Assembly: GCA_937905985.1 (NCBI GenBank)
Contig: CALCWC010000026.1
Location: 24,376 to 88,375 of the forward strand
Direction: 5' to 3'
Length of the DNA: 64,000 nt
Source: an uncultured Verrucomicrobiales bacterium
GTDB taxonomy: Bacteria > Verrucomicrobiota > Verrucomicrobiia > Verrucomicrobiales > Akkermansiaceae
The translations under genes were made by a program, and so were the position numbers. This document shows, in pieces, positions 17,833 through 27,676 of the stretch. The notes beneath the pieces were generated by a model. That model saw nothing but the letters and a program-made list of their open reading frames with translations, had not been told where the DNA came from and searched no databases. Numbering within the stretch: position 1 is the stretch's first letter; every line of letters starts with the position of its first letter.

Positions 17833-18549
17833 ATGAAAGCAACACTACTTGCACTCCTGACACTGGGCAGCCTGGCCTTCGGCTTGGATACAAGTCAGGC
17901 CCTCACCCTGAGCACCGATTTCACCAAGGGCAGCTCCTCCGGCGGCAATGGTTATACCGGCATTGCCTTCCAGCTCACCCCCGGAACTGATCGTTACACG
18001 AATAGCAACCTTCTTACCGAGAATGCGACCTACGAATTGACGGGCATCACCATTCAGTGGCGCAATAACACCAATCCCACAACAAAGGTTGAAGATGGAG
18101 TCCAGCTTGTTGTGACAAATGCCTCGGACCAGAAGGTTCTCGGCATTTCGAACAGTATTACCTCGTTGGTTGCCGGGCCGCTTCCGGGCAAGGAAGGGGA
18201 CCAGATCAACCTGGCAGTGCATACATTCGAGACTCCCATCACGCTTGCTCTCAAGACCCCCTATTATGCCTTCTATGTTACGGATGCGAAAGTCCAGGAC
18301 ATAGAGGTTGGACAGCCGTTGACAGTGGCCAGCGTGGCTCCGGTCAACCTGATGGCACAGGGCGGGGCTAGCGCCTATACGAATCCCAACACTGATTTCG
18401 GCACGGCGCAGGGGTTGGCTCCGTATGGACCTAACTTTGCTCCCATTGGCTATCTTTCGATCACAAAGAAGAGCAACGTACCTGAGCCGACGACGGGCAC
18501 GCTGAGCCTGCTGGCGCTGGCTGGCCTTTGCATCCGTCGCCGCAAGTAA
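17833..18549 (+). CDS. PEP-CTERM domain protein
   Basis: The ATG at 17833 gives MKATLLALLTLGSLAFG (signal peptide). The C-terminus is VPEPTTGTLSLLALAGLCIRRRK. 238 aa. Confidence 0.8.
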   Translation: MKATLLALLTLGSLAFGLDTSQALTLSTDFTKGSSSGGNGYTGIAFQLTPGTDRYTNSNLLTENATYELTGITIQWRNNTNPTTKVEDGVQLVVTNASDQKVLGISNSITSLVAGPLPGKEGDQINLAVHTFETPITLALKTPYYAFYVTDAKVQDIEVGQPLTVASVAPVNLMAQGGASAYTNPNTDFGTAQGLAPYGPNFAPIGYLSITKKSNVPEPTTGTLSLLALAGLCIRRRK

Positions 18550-18574
18550 GGCGACCTGCAAAGTAGGTTTTACC

Positions 18575-18612
18575 AAAGCCCCTCCCGCCGAAAAGCGGGA
18601 GGGGCTTTTATA
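18575..18612 (+). terminator. Intrinsic terminator
   Basis: Stem AAAGCCCCTCCCGC pairs with GCGGGAGGGGCTTT around loop cgaaaa, followed by TTATATA. Confidence 0.7.
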
Positions 18613-18622
18613 TACAACCATG

Positions 18623-19050
18623 GGCGTGAACAGGCGTGATTAGTTACGCACGCCCACACCGGCCCACACCGCCGTTCGGCGGCGTTACCGTGGTGGGTTT
18701 TCGGGCGTGGTTACCCACGGGTTAAAGAACCCGTGGCTTGCGCATCGCCGCCCCCGGAGGGGGGCTCATAATACCGCGACCGTCTTCGCAGAAGTTACGC
18801 CGAGACAGGCCAGGGGCGGATTATTACAAGTTCCATCTGGCATTCTGCCAGATGGAACATCATTGTCACGCGCCCTACGGGCGCGCTAACTGTAACCCCG
18901 TCAGGGGTGATGGTGCGCAAGCCACGGGTTCTTTAACCCGTGGGTCACCCGGCATGCCAACCAATCCACGGTAACCCCGCTTCCGCGGGGTGGTGCCGGT
19001 GTATCGCCCGCCTACCAACTACCCCCGTTCGCGCCAATCATTGTCCACCA
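18623..19050. repeat. Nested-palindrome element, family A, copy 2
   Basis: Collinear with 5373-5775, with a perfect inner inverted repeat CCCACGGGTTAAAGAACCCGTGGCTTGCGCA. It carries an extra module (CCGTCTTCGC..GTTACGCCGAGACAGGC) shared with family B. Confidence 0.85.
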
Positions 19051-19082
19051 ACCCCCGCGCCGCTAGGCGCGGCGAACTTTCC

Positions 19083-19116
19083 AAATCGTAAATCGTCAAT
19101 CGTCAATTGTAAATCC
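19083..19116. repeat. Heptamer tandem array (AAATCGT-like)x5
   Basis: Reads aaatcgt aaatcgt caatcgt caattgt aaatcc. It is preceded by hairpin CGCGCCGCTAGGCGCG and abuts the stop of the lplT-like gene. It is the reverse complement of the module at 61854-61905. Confidence 0.85.
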
Positions 19117-19123
19117 TAGGGCT

Positions 19124-21772
19124 CTACGCCAGCTCAGCAAGGAAGCCGCTCTCGTCCAGATACAGGTTGTCCGGCAGGGAGAAGGCGCTGAGGAGGCTTG
19201 GGCCGCAAACGGAGGTGCCGCCCTGTTCGCGCGCGCCCAGGATGGCAAATCCGGGCAGCAAGACGCCGCGGGTGCGGGGACGCGTGCCGAGCTGGCTGGT
19301 GCCGTCACCAATCTTGAAGACGCTGCGGCACATGCTCATGGAAATGATGATGTGGCGCGGAGTGGCGAGGCAGGGACGCCAGCGCATGTTGGGAGTGGAG
19401 ATGGCGGAGCCGCCGCTGAAATCAAAGAAGGGAGCCTGGTGGTGAGGAATGGACTTGTAGAGGATGCCGCGCATGTGTGAGCCACCCACCATCTGCTCCA
19501 CCTCCGCGGGCAGCATCTCCTGCGGTGTTTCCACGAGGTAAACCGGGGTGTGGGTGACAACGGGCCAGAGCACGGCGAGGACGAGTTCCTGCGGCTCCTG
19601 GTGGCCCACGGTGGCAAGCACAGGCACGCCGGGCTTGAGGGCGTTGACGCGGCAGACCTGCTGCACGTTCATCCAATAGCGGTGAAGCGGAAGGATATCC
19701 TTGGAAGCCTCCTGCAGCAGCTCCATCCAGCGCACCAGCAGCGGGTCCCAATCCTCTCCGGGTTCACGGCTGATGAGAGCGGCGGCCACCTGGAAGCCGG
19801 TGAGGCACTGCCCGCCCTGGGCATGCACCAGCGGGGTGTTGCCCATCTGCTCCAAATGGCGGATAAGGCCGTCACGGCTGCTGGCATCCGTGGTTTCCAG
19901 GCACTGGGCGGAAAGGGAGCGGAAGGAGCGCATCACGCTGTCGGCGCTGCATTCCCGCGGGGTGAAGGGCTCACCCACGGCCACGGTGTACGGGTACGGG
20001 TAGCGCAGCGGCAGCTTGGTGAAGAAACGGTTGCCGAAGTAGGAGAACACGCTGCCCCACAAGCCATCCATGTAGATGGGAATCACGGGCACCTTGGCAC
20101 GGCGGGTGATGACCTCCACCCCGCGGCGGATGGGGGTGATGCAGCCGTGGCGTGTGAGCTGCCCCTCCGGGAAGATGCAGATGATATCGCCGTTCTCCAG
20201 GCCCATCTCCGCCTCATGAATGGCATGGCGCGGGTTGCTGCTGGAGATGGGCAGCGAGTTGAACAGCTCCAGAATCCAGCCCACAAAGCGCACCGAGGTG
20301 AACTCCTCGTCCACAATGAAACGGATGGGACGCCGCACCACCATCGTCAGGAACAGCGCATCTGCATACGTCACATGGTTCACCACCAGCAGCGCGCCGC
20401 CGCGCTCCGGGATGCGGTCCACGTTGAGCACACGCGCCCGGTAGAACAGGTGCATGAACCACATGCCCAGCATGCGGATGAAGTCCTGCGGAATCAAGCG
20501 CAAGGCGGATATCAGGATGAAGAGGCTGATGAGGAAGAGGACGAAGAACTGCATCTGCGGCGATGCGCCGAATTGGTACATCAGCCACATGAGCGCCACG
20601 GCCACCAGGCCCATCAGGTTGTCGATCAGGTTGCCCGCCGCAATGATATTGCCGCGGTTGGAGGGGTCGCAGTTGTCCTGAAGGTAGGCGTTGAGCGGCA
20701 CCAGGTAGGCCGCGCCGAAGGCCCCCGTGAGCGCCAGCAGGATGTTGCTGGGCAGCGTGTTGACGGGCAGCATGGCCAGCAGGAGCGTGCTGACCGTGAT
20801 GCCGATGGCACCGAGGGGGATGAGCCCCAGCTCGTTGGCCCCCTTGCACAGGCGGGAGGCTGTAACGCCACCGACGACCACGCCGCCGGTGAGCCAGGCC
20901 ATGAGGATGCCGCATTCCAGACTGAAGTTCACGTTCGGGTCCGCGGCCTGCATGGCCTTGGCAATCTGGATGAGGATGAGGAAGAGGGAGCCGGCCAGGC
21001 ACCAGAAGTAGCAGATGCCCATCTCGCTGAGCCTCAGGTTGCGGTCGCGCCACAGGTACTTCACCTGGGAGAAATGCTCCCAGAGCAGGCTCCAGCTGAA
21101 CGGGCGCGGGGGTTTGACCGCATAGCGCGGGAGGAAGAAGGAAGCCACGGCCACCACGCTCGCCAGGCTCAGGAACACCCAGGTGGGCAGCTTCACCGCG
21201 CTCCACCCGGCCTCCACGGCCCCGTCCGGCTGCGCAGCGTACACATCCAGCAGGTAGCTGAACCAGAAGAACACGCCGATCTGCGCCACCAGCAGCACAA
21301 ACACCATGCTCATTTCAATGATGCCGGAGCCGAAGGAGATGTAGCGCGAGCCCAGCAGGTCCTTCACAATGCCCTTCTTGGCGGGGGAGAGGATGGTGGC
21401 CTGCGTGGCAAACACGGTGAACCAGATGATGGCCGCCGTCATGTCGTGCATGTAGAAGCAGAACTGCATGCAGCTCATCACAAAGATTTGCAGCAGGCAC
21501 ATCACCTGGATGATGCGCGTCTTGCAGAAACAATCCGCCAACCACCCCACCAGCGGGGAAAAGAGGATGTAGGGCAGCACAAAGATGGCGCCCAGCGTGT
21601 ATTCCAGCGTGCTGCCGGACGCGCCCCACAGCCACACACCCAGCGGTATCAGCAGGAACTGGACCGCCTTTTCGTTGAACGCGTTTTGCGCCTGAACGGC
21701 CACAAGCGTCCAGAAGCCCCTCCATTCCTTTTTGGAAGGCTCCTTGTAGAACTGTTCAATATCATCCGCCAT
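19124..21772 (-). CDS. Fusion protein: MFS lysophospholipid transporter (LplT-like) + PlsC-type acyltransferase + divergent C-terminal domain
   Basis: 882 aa with an ATG start. About 12 TM helices in the N-terminal ~430 aa. Acyltransferase motifs are VNHVTYAD (HX4D) and IFPEGQLTRHG. The last ~300 aa lack clear AMP-binding motifs. Confidence 0.85.
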   Translation of the reverse strand: MADDIEQFYKEPSKKEWRGFWTLVAVQAQNAFNEKAVQFLLIPLGVWLWGASGSTLEYTLGAIFVLPYILFSPLVGWLADCFCKTRIIQVMCLLQIFVMSCMQFCFYMHDMTAAIIWFTVFATQATILSPAKKGIVKDLLGSRYISFGSGIIEMSMVFVLLVAQIGVFFWFSYLLDVYAAQPDGAVEAGWSAVKLPTWVFLSLASVVAVASFFLPRYAVKPPRPFSWSLLWEHFSQVKYLWRDRNLRLSEMGICYFWCLAGSLFLILIQIAKAMQAADPNVNFSLECGILMAWLTGGVVVGGVTASRLCKGANELGLIPLGAIGITVSTLLLAMLPVNTLPSNILLALTGAFGAAYLVPLNAYLQDNCDPSNRGNIIAAGNLIDNLMGLVAVALMWLMYQFGASPQMQFFVLFLISLFILISALRLIPQDFIRMLGMWFMHLFYRARVLNVDRIPERGGALLVVNHVTYADALFLTMVVRRPIRFIVDEEFTSVRFVGWILELFNSLPISSSNPRHAIHEAEMGLENGDIICIFPEGQLTRHGCITPIRRGVEVITRRAKVPVIPIYMDGLWGSVFSYFGNRFFTKLPLRYPYPYTVAVGEPFTPRECSADSVMRSFRSLSAQCLETTDASSRDGLIRHLEQMGNTPLVHAQGGQCLTGFQVAAALISREPGEDWDPLLVRWMELLQEASKDILPLHRYWMNVQQVCRVNALKPGVPVLATVGHQEPQELVLAVLWPVVTHTPVYLVETPQEMLPAEVEQMVGGSHMRGILYKSIPHHQAPFFDFSGGSAISTPNMRWRPCLATPRHIIISMSMCRSVFKIGDGTSQLGTRPRTRGVLLPGFAILGAREQGGTSVCGPSLLSAFSLPDNLYLDESGFLAELA

Positions 21773-21793
21773 GGGAGGTGGTGGTACGCGCGT

Positions 21794-21821
21794 ATTATCT
21801 CACAGCATCGACAATTGGCAA
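21794..21821 (-). promoter_or_regulatory. Putative promoter of the lplT-like gene
   Basis: The minus strand reads TTGCCA-16nt-GATAAT with an extended TGa. It lies 21 nt upstream of the ATG at 21772. Confidence 0.5.
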
Positions 21822-21887
21822 GCGCAAACTGTTGCAGCACTGACGCACTTGGACGATCACATGTGTCCCAATTGTTTTTTGGAAGGG

Positions 21888-22125
21888 ACGTGATTGGTGT
21901 GCAATGATTGGTGCCGACGAGCGCGATTAGTATGCAACCCTTGGCGCTAATCCACCCCGCGCGAGGCGGGGTTATGTGCCGATACGTATCGAGCGTGGTT
22001 ACCCCCACGCCTTACGGCGTGGGCTGGAAAAGGTTGTCGCCGCCAAGGCGGCTCAATATAGCGCGCCTGGCGGCGCGAAGACGGGTGCGGGGTGGATACA
22101 CGCCAACGCCTGCAGCTCTCCGCGC
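21888..22125. repeat. Mosaic nested-palindrome repeat, family B, copy 2
   Basis: Shares its terminal module GCAATGATTGGTGCCGACGAGCGCGATTAGTATGCA, the ATCCACCCCGCGC/GCGGGGTGGATAC inverted repeat and the GGCTGGAAAAGG..CAAGGCGGCTCAATATAGCGCGCC core with 2214-2666. Confidence 0.8.
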
Positions 22126-22225
22126 GTTTTTCGCCGCGTTTTTATGGAATGGCAATGGTCCCGAAAAAAAACGCAGCCTGCACAGGCAGGCTGCGAAAAA
22201 CAAGAAAAACAGATATGATGAAAGA

Positions 22226-22561
22226 TTAATAGCGCACCTCGTAGTTGCCGGGCTCGCGGGGCTCTTCAGGCTCGCGCTCGCAGGGGGGCAGCATGGAGTT
22301 GAGGTGGTGGCGCTGGATGGTCTTCTTCATTCCCTTGTCGTTGCGGACGGTGATTTCCTTGGCGTCCTTGATGGCGGCCTCACGGTCCTTCTCGGCCTTT
22401 TCACGGGCCTTGTTGTACTTGTCGATGCTGGCCTTCTGGCGCGGGGTGGCGATATCCTTGAGGGTTTCCTCGGAAAGGTCCTTCGCGTTGTCCACAACGG
22501 GGGCGGCCTGCACGGCAAGCGCGGCGGCAAGGGAGAATGTAAGGATGGAAAGAGTCTTCAT
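22226..22561 (-). CDS. Small secreted hypothetical protein
   Basis: 111 aa with an ATG start. Signal peptide MKTLSILTFSLAAALAVQA. The mature part is Lys/Glu-rich. Its own promoter lies at 22579-22606. Confidence 0.55.
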   Translation of the reverse strand: MKTLSILTFSLAAALAVQAAPVVDNAKDLSEETLKDIATPRQKASIDKYNKAREKAEKDREAAIKDAKEITVRNDKGMKKTIQRHHLNSMLPPCEREPEEPREPGNYEVRY

Positions 22562-22578
22562 GGCTGAATTTCAATACC

Positions 22579-22606
22579 AGTATAGGCAAGAAGGCGACGG
22601 TGTCAA
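22579..22606 (-). promoter_or_regulatory. Putative promoter of the small secreted protein gene
   Basis: The minus strand reads TTGACA-16nt-TATACT. It lies 17 nt upstream of the ATG at 22561. Confidence 0.55.
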
Positions 22607-22644
22607 GCCAATTTTCCGCGCAAGGTGGAATTTTCTCGCAAAAA

Positions 22645-25170
22645 TCACTCCTGCGGCGGGTTCATGCCGCCGTCCAGCAGGGCAAACATGTCCATTTGCC
22701 CCTCAGCGGCCTCCGGCGCGGGCATGCCGGTTTCCGCGGCCTTCTTCCGGCGCGCGGCCCTGGTCTTGGGCTCGTGGGTGGCGGCGTGCATCTCCAGGTG
22801 GGTGAGAATCTGCTTGGCGCGGTCAATGATGGGCTTGGGCAGCCCCGCCAGGCGCGCCACCTGGATGCCGTACGATTTGTCCGCCGGGCCGGGCAGCACC
22901 TTGCGCAGGAAGACGATTTCGTCCTTCCACTCGCGCACCTCCACGTGGCGGTTGCTCACGGCGGGGTGGGTTTGCTCCAGGTCTGTCATCTCATGGTAGT
23001 GGGTGGCGAAGAGGGTGCGCGCGCCGATGACGTCGTGCAAATGCTCCGCCACGGCCCAGGCGATGGAGAGGCCGTCGAAGGTGGCGGTACCGCGGCCGAT
23101 TTCATCCAAAATGACCAGTGAGCGGTTGCCGGCGTTGTTGAGGATGAGGGCGGTCTCGCTCATCTCCACCATGAAGGTGGACTGGCCCTGCGCGATGTCG
23201 TCGCTGGCGCCCACGCGGCAGAAGATGCGGTCCACCAGGCCGATGCGGGCTGAATCCGCGGGCACATAGGAACCGATTTGCGCCATGAGCGCGATGAGGG
23301 CCACCTGACGGATGTAGGTGCTCTTGCCGGCCATGTTCGGCCCGGTGAGGATGAGCACGCGGTTGGCCTCCGCGTCCATGTCGGTGTCGTTGGGCACGAA
23401 GGAGGTGTCGGTGAGCACCTGCTCGATGACGGGATGGCGGCCGTTGAGGATTTGCAAATCGCGGCTGGTGTCCAGCTGGGGGCGGCAGTAGCGGTACAGC
23501 TGCGCTTTCTCCGCCAGGGAGAGCAGCACGTCCACCTCCGCCAGAGTCTCGCTGGTGGCCTGGATGCGGTCGATGTATTCGCCCACCTTGGCGCGCAGGT
23601 TGCAGAAGAGCTCGTACTCCAGCTGGCGCGCGCGCTCGTCCGCACCCAGGATAGTGCCCTCCATCTTCTTGAGCTCGTCGGTCACGAACCTTTCCGCGTT
23701 GGCGAGGGTCTGCTTGCGAACGTAGCGCCCCTCCGGCACCTTGGAGTAGTTGGCCTTGGTAACCTCGATGTAGTACCCGAAGACGTTGTTGAAGCGGATT
23801 TTGAGGGAGTCGATTCCGGTTTCCCGGCGCTCGCGTGCCTCCAGCTCGGCGAGCCAGTTCTTGCCATCGCGCGAGGCGGCGCGCAGCTCGTCCAGCCGGG
23901 CATCGTAGCCGTCGCGGATCATGCCGCCCTCCTTGATGGTGACGGGAGGTTCGTCCACCATGGCGTGCAGCAGCAGCTCCGTGAGCTCCGCGAAGTCACC
24001 CACCTGCCCCGGCAGCGGCGCAAAGACGGGAGCCTTGGCGGCCAGGGCGGTCAAATCGGCCGAGATGTCCGGCAGCTGCTGCAGGGATGCGCCCAGCGCC
24101 AGCAGATCCCGCCCGTTTCCGGCGCCCTGGGAGAGGCGGGAGACCAGGCGCTCGGTGTCGCGCACGCCTTTCAGCGAGCTGCGCAGCTTGGTCATGAGGA
24201 AGGGCTCCTGCAGGAAGCCGGCAATGATTTCCTGGCGGCGCAGCAGCGCGTCCATGTCGCAGATGGGATGCAAAATCCAATCGCGGAGCTTGCGTGCGCC
24301 CATGGGGGTGGAGGTGTTGTCCAGCGCGCCGAGGAGGGTGTTCTTCACGCCGCCGCGGGCCTCCACCAAATCAAGGTTGCGGCGGCTTGCGGTGTCGATG
24401 AGCACGGCGTTGTCCGTGGCGCGCAGGGAGAGTTTCCGCAGGTGGTCCGTAGTGCGGCGCAGCTGGTGTTTCAGGTAGTGCAGGATGGCTGCTGCGGCAC
24501 CGAGCGCGGCGCCCAGGTGCGCGCAGCCGAAGCCTTGCAGGGAATGCACGCGGAAGTGGCTCTCCAGGAACGGCACCGCCACGCCGGGAAGGAAGGTGTA
24601 GCCGTCGTAGTACTGCGTCACGGGCACGCCGGGGAAGGCATCGCGCTGTTCGTCGCTCAGCAGCAGCTCGCTGGGGCGGATGCGCTCCAGCTCGTCCGCC
24701 AGGGACTCCAGGCTGGGGTAGTCCGCCACGGTGAACTCGCCGGTGGTGTGGTCGGCGCAGGCCAATCCCCAGGCGTTTTTCTCATGGTAGCAGGCGGCAA
24801 TGTAGTTGTGCTCCCCGCTCTCCAGAAGCGAGAGGTCCGCCAGCGTGCCGGCGGAGACGATGCGCGTGATCTCGCGCTCCACCAGCTTGCCCGGCACGGG
24901 GTCGGTCATCTGGTCTGCAATGGCCACGCGCTTGCCCAGCTTCACAATCTGGCCGATGTAGCCCTCCGCCGCGTGGAACGGCACGCCGCACATCGGGATG
25001 GTCTGACGCTTGGTGAGCGTGAGCCCCAGCGCCGCGGAGCACTCCTGCGCGTCCTCGAAAAACATCTCGTAGAAGTCCCCCACGCGGAAGAACAGCCACA
25101 CATCCTCCGGCAGCGCCTGCTTCATCCGCAGGTACTGGTCCATCATCGGGCTGAGCGTGTTTTCCGCCAT
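22645..25170 (-). CDS. mutS: DNA mismatch repair protein MutS
   Basis: The ATG at 25168-25170 gives MAENTLSPMMDQYLRMKQ (the ORF-track start at 25188 is a TTG). Walker A is GPNMAGKST. Also present are DEIGRGTATFDG and FATHYHE. 841 aa. Confidence 0.95.
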   Translation of the reverse strand: MAENTLSPMMDQYLRMKQALPEDVWLFFRVGDFYEMFFEDAQECSAALGLTLTKRQTIPMCGVPFHAAEGYIGQIVKLGKRVAIADQMTDPVPGKLVEREITRIVSAGTLADLSLLESGEHNYIAACYHEKNAWGLACADHTTGEFTVADYPSLESLADELERIRPSELLLSDEQRDAFPGVPVTQYYDGYTFLPGVAVPFLESHFRVHSLQGFGCAHLGAALGAAAAILHYLKHQLRRTTDHLRKLSLRATDNAVLIDTASRRNLDLVEARGGVKNTLLGALDNTSTPMGARKLRDWILHPICDMDALLRRQEIIAGFLQEPFLMTKLRSSLKGVRDTERLVSRLSQGAGNGRDLLALGASLQQLPDISADLTALAAKAPVFAPLPGQVGDFAELTELLLHAMVDEPPVTIKEGGMIRDGYDARLDELRAASRDGKNWLAELEARERRETGIDSLKIRFNNVFGYYIEVTKANYSKVPEGRYVRKQTLANAERFVTDELKKMEGTILGADERARQLEYELFCNLRAKVGEYIDRIQATSETLAEVDVLLSLAEKAQLYRYCRPQLDTSRDLQILNGRHPVIEQVLTDTSFVPNDTDMDAEANRVLILTGPNMAGKSTYIRQVALIALMAQIGSYVPADSARIGLVDRIFCRVGASDDIAQGQSTFMVEMSETALILNNAGNRSLVILDEIGRGTATFDGLSIAWAVAEHLHDVIGARTLFATHYHEMTDLEQTHPAVSNRHVEVREWKDEIVFLRKVLPGPADKSYGIQVARLAGLPKPIIDRAKQILTHLEMHAATHEPKTRAARRKKAAETGMPAPEAAEGQMDMFALLDGGMNPPQE

Positions 25171-25191
25171 TTTCAAGTCTTTCCGCAAGGC

Positions 25192-27573
25192 CTAGCGGTT
25201 CTGGATATCACCGCCGCGCTTGCGGATGCGCTCCGGCTGGGGCTTCTTGAGGCGGAGTTCAATCTTGCGTCCGCTCTTCCTGATGGTTTTGGTGGAGAAG
25301 AGCTCCGCGCTCACCTCATGGCCGGCACCGGCGGGGGATGCGGTGGGGGCGGCGTCCACGGGGCGGGCGATGCGCTGCAGGCGGGTCTCGAAGGCGGCAT
25401 CATTGGCGGCGGCGGCATCACTGGCCACCTGGGCCTCCTCCTGCTGCCGGTGCTCCTCCAGTATCTGCTGCATCTCGGTGTCCTCCTCGCGCAGCTTGGC
25501 GGCCTCGTCCTCCGGGGTCACGGTTTCCACCAGGTCGGTTCCGGGCTTGGCGGTGTTGTCGGGGTGGTTGCGGAGGTAGTCCTCGAATTCGGGGTCGGGT
25601 TCCGCACCGTAGTGGATGGAGCGGTCGTAGGCGCGCGCGGCTTCCGGTATCTTCTTGGCCTCAGCGTAGATGCGCGCCATGTTGTAGTGGGCGTCGGCGA
25701 TGGCGGGCTTGAGCTTGATGGCGGCGGCGTAGTGCTTGAGCGCGCGCTCATGCTCGCCGCGCAGGCCCTCGATGTTGGCGAGGTAGAAGAAGGATTCAGC
25801 GTTGGCGGGGTCCAGCTCGATGGTGCGCGCGAAGAGGCGGCGCGCCTCGTCCATGCGGTCCAGGCGGTAGTAGCTGATGGCCGCCAGGTAGTACGGCACG
25901 GCCAGGTTGGGGGAAAGGCGCCGCGCGCGTTCCAGGTACTCCACGGATTCCTCGCAGTGGTTGCGGTAGAGCAGGATGGTGCCCAGGTTCACCAGACCGG
26001 GCACGTTGTCCGGCTCTGCATCCACAAGCGTGCGGTACAGCTGCTCTGCGGCGGTGTAGCGTTTCTTGGAGAAGGCTTTTTGGGCGAGGGATGCAAGGGC
26101 TTGCGTCTCCAGCCCGGCACGCACGGCGCGCACGGCCTGCTCGCCAATGTTGACCGGGGATTCCTTGCCATCCTCCGCCACCTTGATGGTGTCCACCACG
26201 CGGCGCTCGGCATCGGTGAGGTCGGGGTTGCTCTCATCCTCCAGGCGTTGGAGAGCGCCGACGGTTTCCGCGTCCGCGTTCTTCATCTGCTTGTAGGTTT
26301 CAATGAGCAGCTTGCGGCCTTCCGCCTGGATGCTGAGCGTGCGCTTCTGCTTGGCGACAACCTCGCGCAGCACCTGGTTTTCCTCCGCCAGGGCGGGGTC
26401 CACGGTGGGCTTGGCGGCCTGTGCCTCCAGCTCGGCCTCCAGGTTGTTGAGGCGTTCGGTGAGGGTGGACACGCGGTTGCGGTAGGCCATGTTCTCATCG
26501 TAGAGGCCGGTCATGTCCTCGCGCAGGCGGTCGGCCTCCTTGCGGGCGGCCTCCAGCTGCTGGGCGAGCACGGAGCGCTCGTCTCCCTCCGCCTCCATGC
26601 GGCTTTCCAGCTCCTGCACGCGGTTGAGGGCCTCCTTGAGCTTCTGGTCCAGCGTGAGGTTCTGGTCCAGCAGGGCCTTGGTCTTCTCCGGGCTGTTGAG
26701 GTCCACGATGGCGTGGAGCTGCTCGTTCTCCTGCTTGAGGGTATCACGCTCCAGGGTGACCTTCTCCAGCTCCAGGCGGGTTTGTTCCAGCGTGGAATTG
26801 AGCTCCTCAATGCGCGTTTCCGCCTGGCGGCGCGCATCATCCGCCGCACGGTACTTGGCGGACATCTCCGCCAGCTGGCGGTTGAGGGAGTCCACCACCT
26901 GGTTGCCGGCGGCGCGCTCGGTCTCGATGTGCTGCTGGAGCTCCGCATATCGCTCCTTGTACTGGCGGCTCTCCAGCTCGGCGCCCACCACGCGGCGCTG
27001 CAGGGCGGCCGCCTTGTCGCTGAGCTCCTTGTAGGCATCCGAGAGGCGGCGCACCTCCTCCTGGGAGCGCGCCAGCTCAGAGCGCAGCTGCTGCGTGCGG
27101 GCGGACTCATCATCCGTGCCGCCGCTGGGGCGCGTCTCCGGCGGGATATAGGTGGGGGAGGCGGGCGTGTGCTCGCGGGAGGCAATGCTGCCGGGCTCGC
27201 GGCGGGGCTGCGAGGGTTGCGCCTTGGCCCTTTCCTCATAGGTGGCCAGGTTGCGGGCCAGCGTGGTGCGTCGGTACTGCACCAGGTTGGGCTTCCAGGT
27301 CGGGAAGTCGCGCACGATGGCCGCCAGCAGGCGCTCCGCGTCCCGCCCCTTGCGCAGCGCACTGCGGTAATCCTTCTGCTCCGCCAGCTTCTCCGCCTCC
27401 TGAATGAGCTGGTACGCGCCCAGGTAGTATTCCCCGGGGTCGACCACGCCGCGGCGGGCGTTGCCCACGGAGGCCGACTGCCCGCCGCGCAGCGATTGGG
27501 CGGCAAGCGGCTGCGCTGCAGCCAGGGCCAGGCTGCAGACGATGGTGGCCAGTGCGGTGTATCGCGTGCTCAT
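25192..27573 (-). CDS. Secreted coiled-coil + TPR repeat protein
   Basis: The ATG at 27571-27573 gives MSTRYTALATIVCSLALAAAQPLAAQ (signal peptide). A long heptad-rich Glu/Arg/Leu region is followed by TPR repeats (YYLAAISYYRLDRMDEARRLFARTIELDP...). The stop lies 21 nt before the mutS ATG. Confidence 0.8.
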   Translation of the reverse strand: MSTRYTALATIVCSLALAAAQPLAAQSLRGGQSASVGNARRGVVDPGEYYLGAYQLIQEAEKLAEQKDYRSALRKGRDAERLLAAIVRDFPTWKPNLVQYRRTTLARNLATYEERAKAQPSQPRREPGSIASREHTPASPTYIPPETRPSGGTDDESARTQQLRSELARSQEEVRRLSDAYKELSDKAAALQRRVVGAELESRQYKERYAELQQHIETERAAGNQVVDSLNRQLAEMSAKYRAADDARRQAETRIEELNSTLEQTRLELEKVTLERDTLKQENEQLHAIVDLNSPEKTKALLDQNLTLDQKLKEALNRVQELESRMEAEGDERSVLAQQLEAARKEADRLREDMTGLYDENMAYRNRVSTLTERLNNLEAELEAQAAKPTVDPALAEENQVLREVVAKQKRTLSIQAEGRKLLIETYKQMKNADAETVGALQRLEDESNPDLTDAERRVVDTIKVAEDGKESPVNIGEQAVRAVRAGLETQALASLAQKAFSKKRYTAAEQLYRTLVDAEPDNVPGLVNLGTILLYRNHCEESVEYLERARRLSPNLAVPYYLAAISYYRLDRMDEARRLFARTIELDPANAESFFYLANIEGLRGEHERALKHYAAAIKLKPAIADAHYNMARIYAEAKKIPEAARAYDRSIHYGAEPDPEFEDYLRNHPDNTAKPGTDLVETVTPEDEAAKLREEDTEMQQILEEHRQQEEAQVASDAAAANDAAFETRLQRIARPVDAAPTASPAGAGHEVSAELFSTKTIRKSGRKIELRLKKPQPERIRKRGGDIQNR

Positions 27574-27589
27574 TCGTGCGCTCCCGCAT

Positions 27590-27617
27590 ATCATACAGCA
27601 TCCACGCCGCAACGCAA
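27590..27617 (-). promoter_or_regulatory. Putative promoter of the TPR-mutS operon
   Basis: The minus strand reads TTGCGT-16nt-TATGAT. It lies 16 nt upstream of the ATG at 27573. Confidence 0.5.
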
Positions 27618-27648
27618 GCCGGAATCGCGCATGGGCGTGAACCAAGTG

Positions 27649-27676
27649 TTGCATCCTCCCGCGGTTGTGTTAGAAT
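27649..27676 (+). promoter_or_regulatory. Putative promoter overlapping the annotated EamA start
   Basis: TTGCAT-16nt-TAGAAT with an extended TGt. The -10 element overlaps the ATG at 27675 (TAGAATGGG). GGGAGG followed by the GTG at 27696 is an alternative start. Confidence 0.45.
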
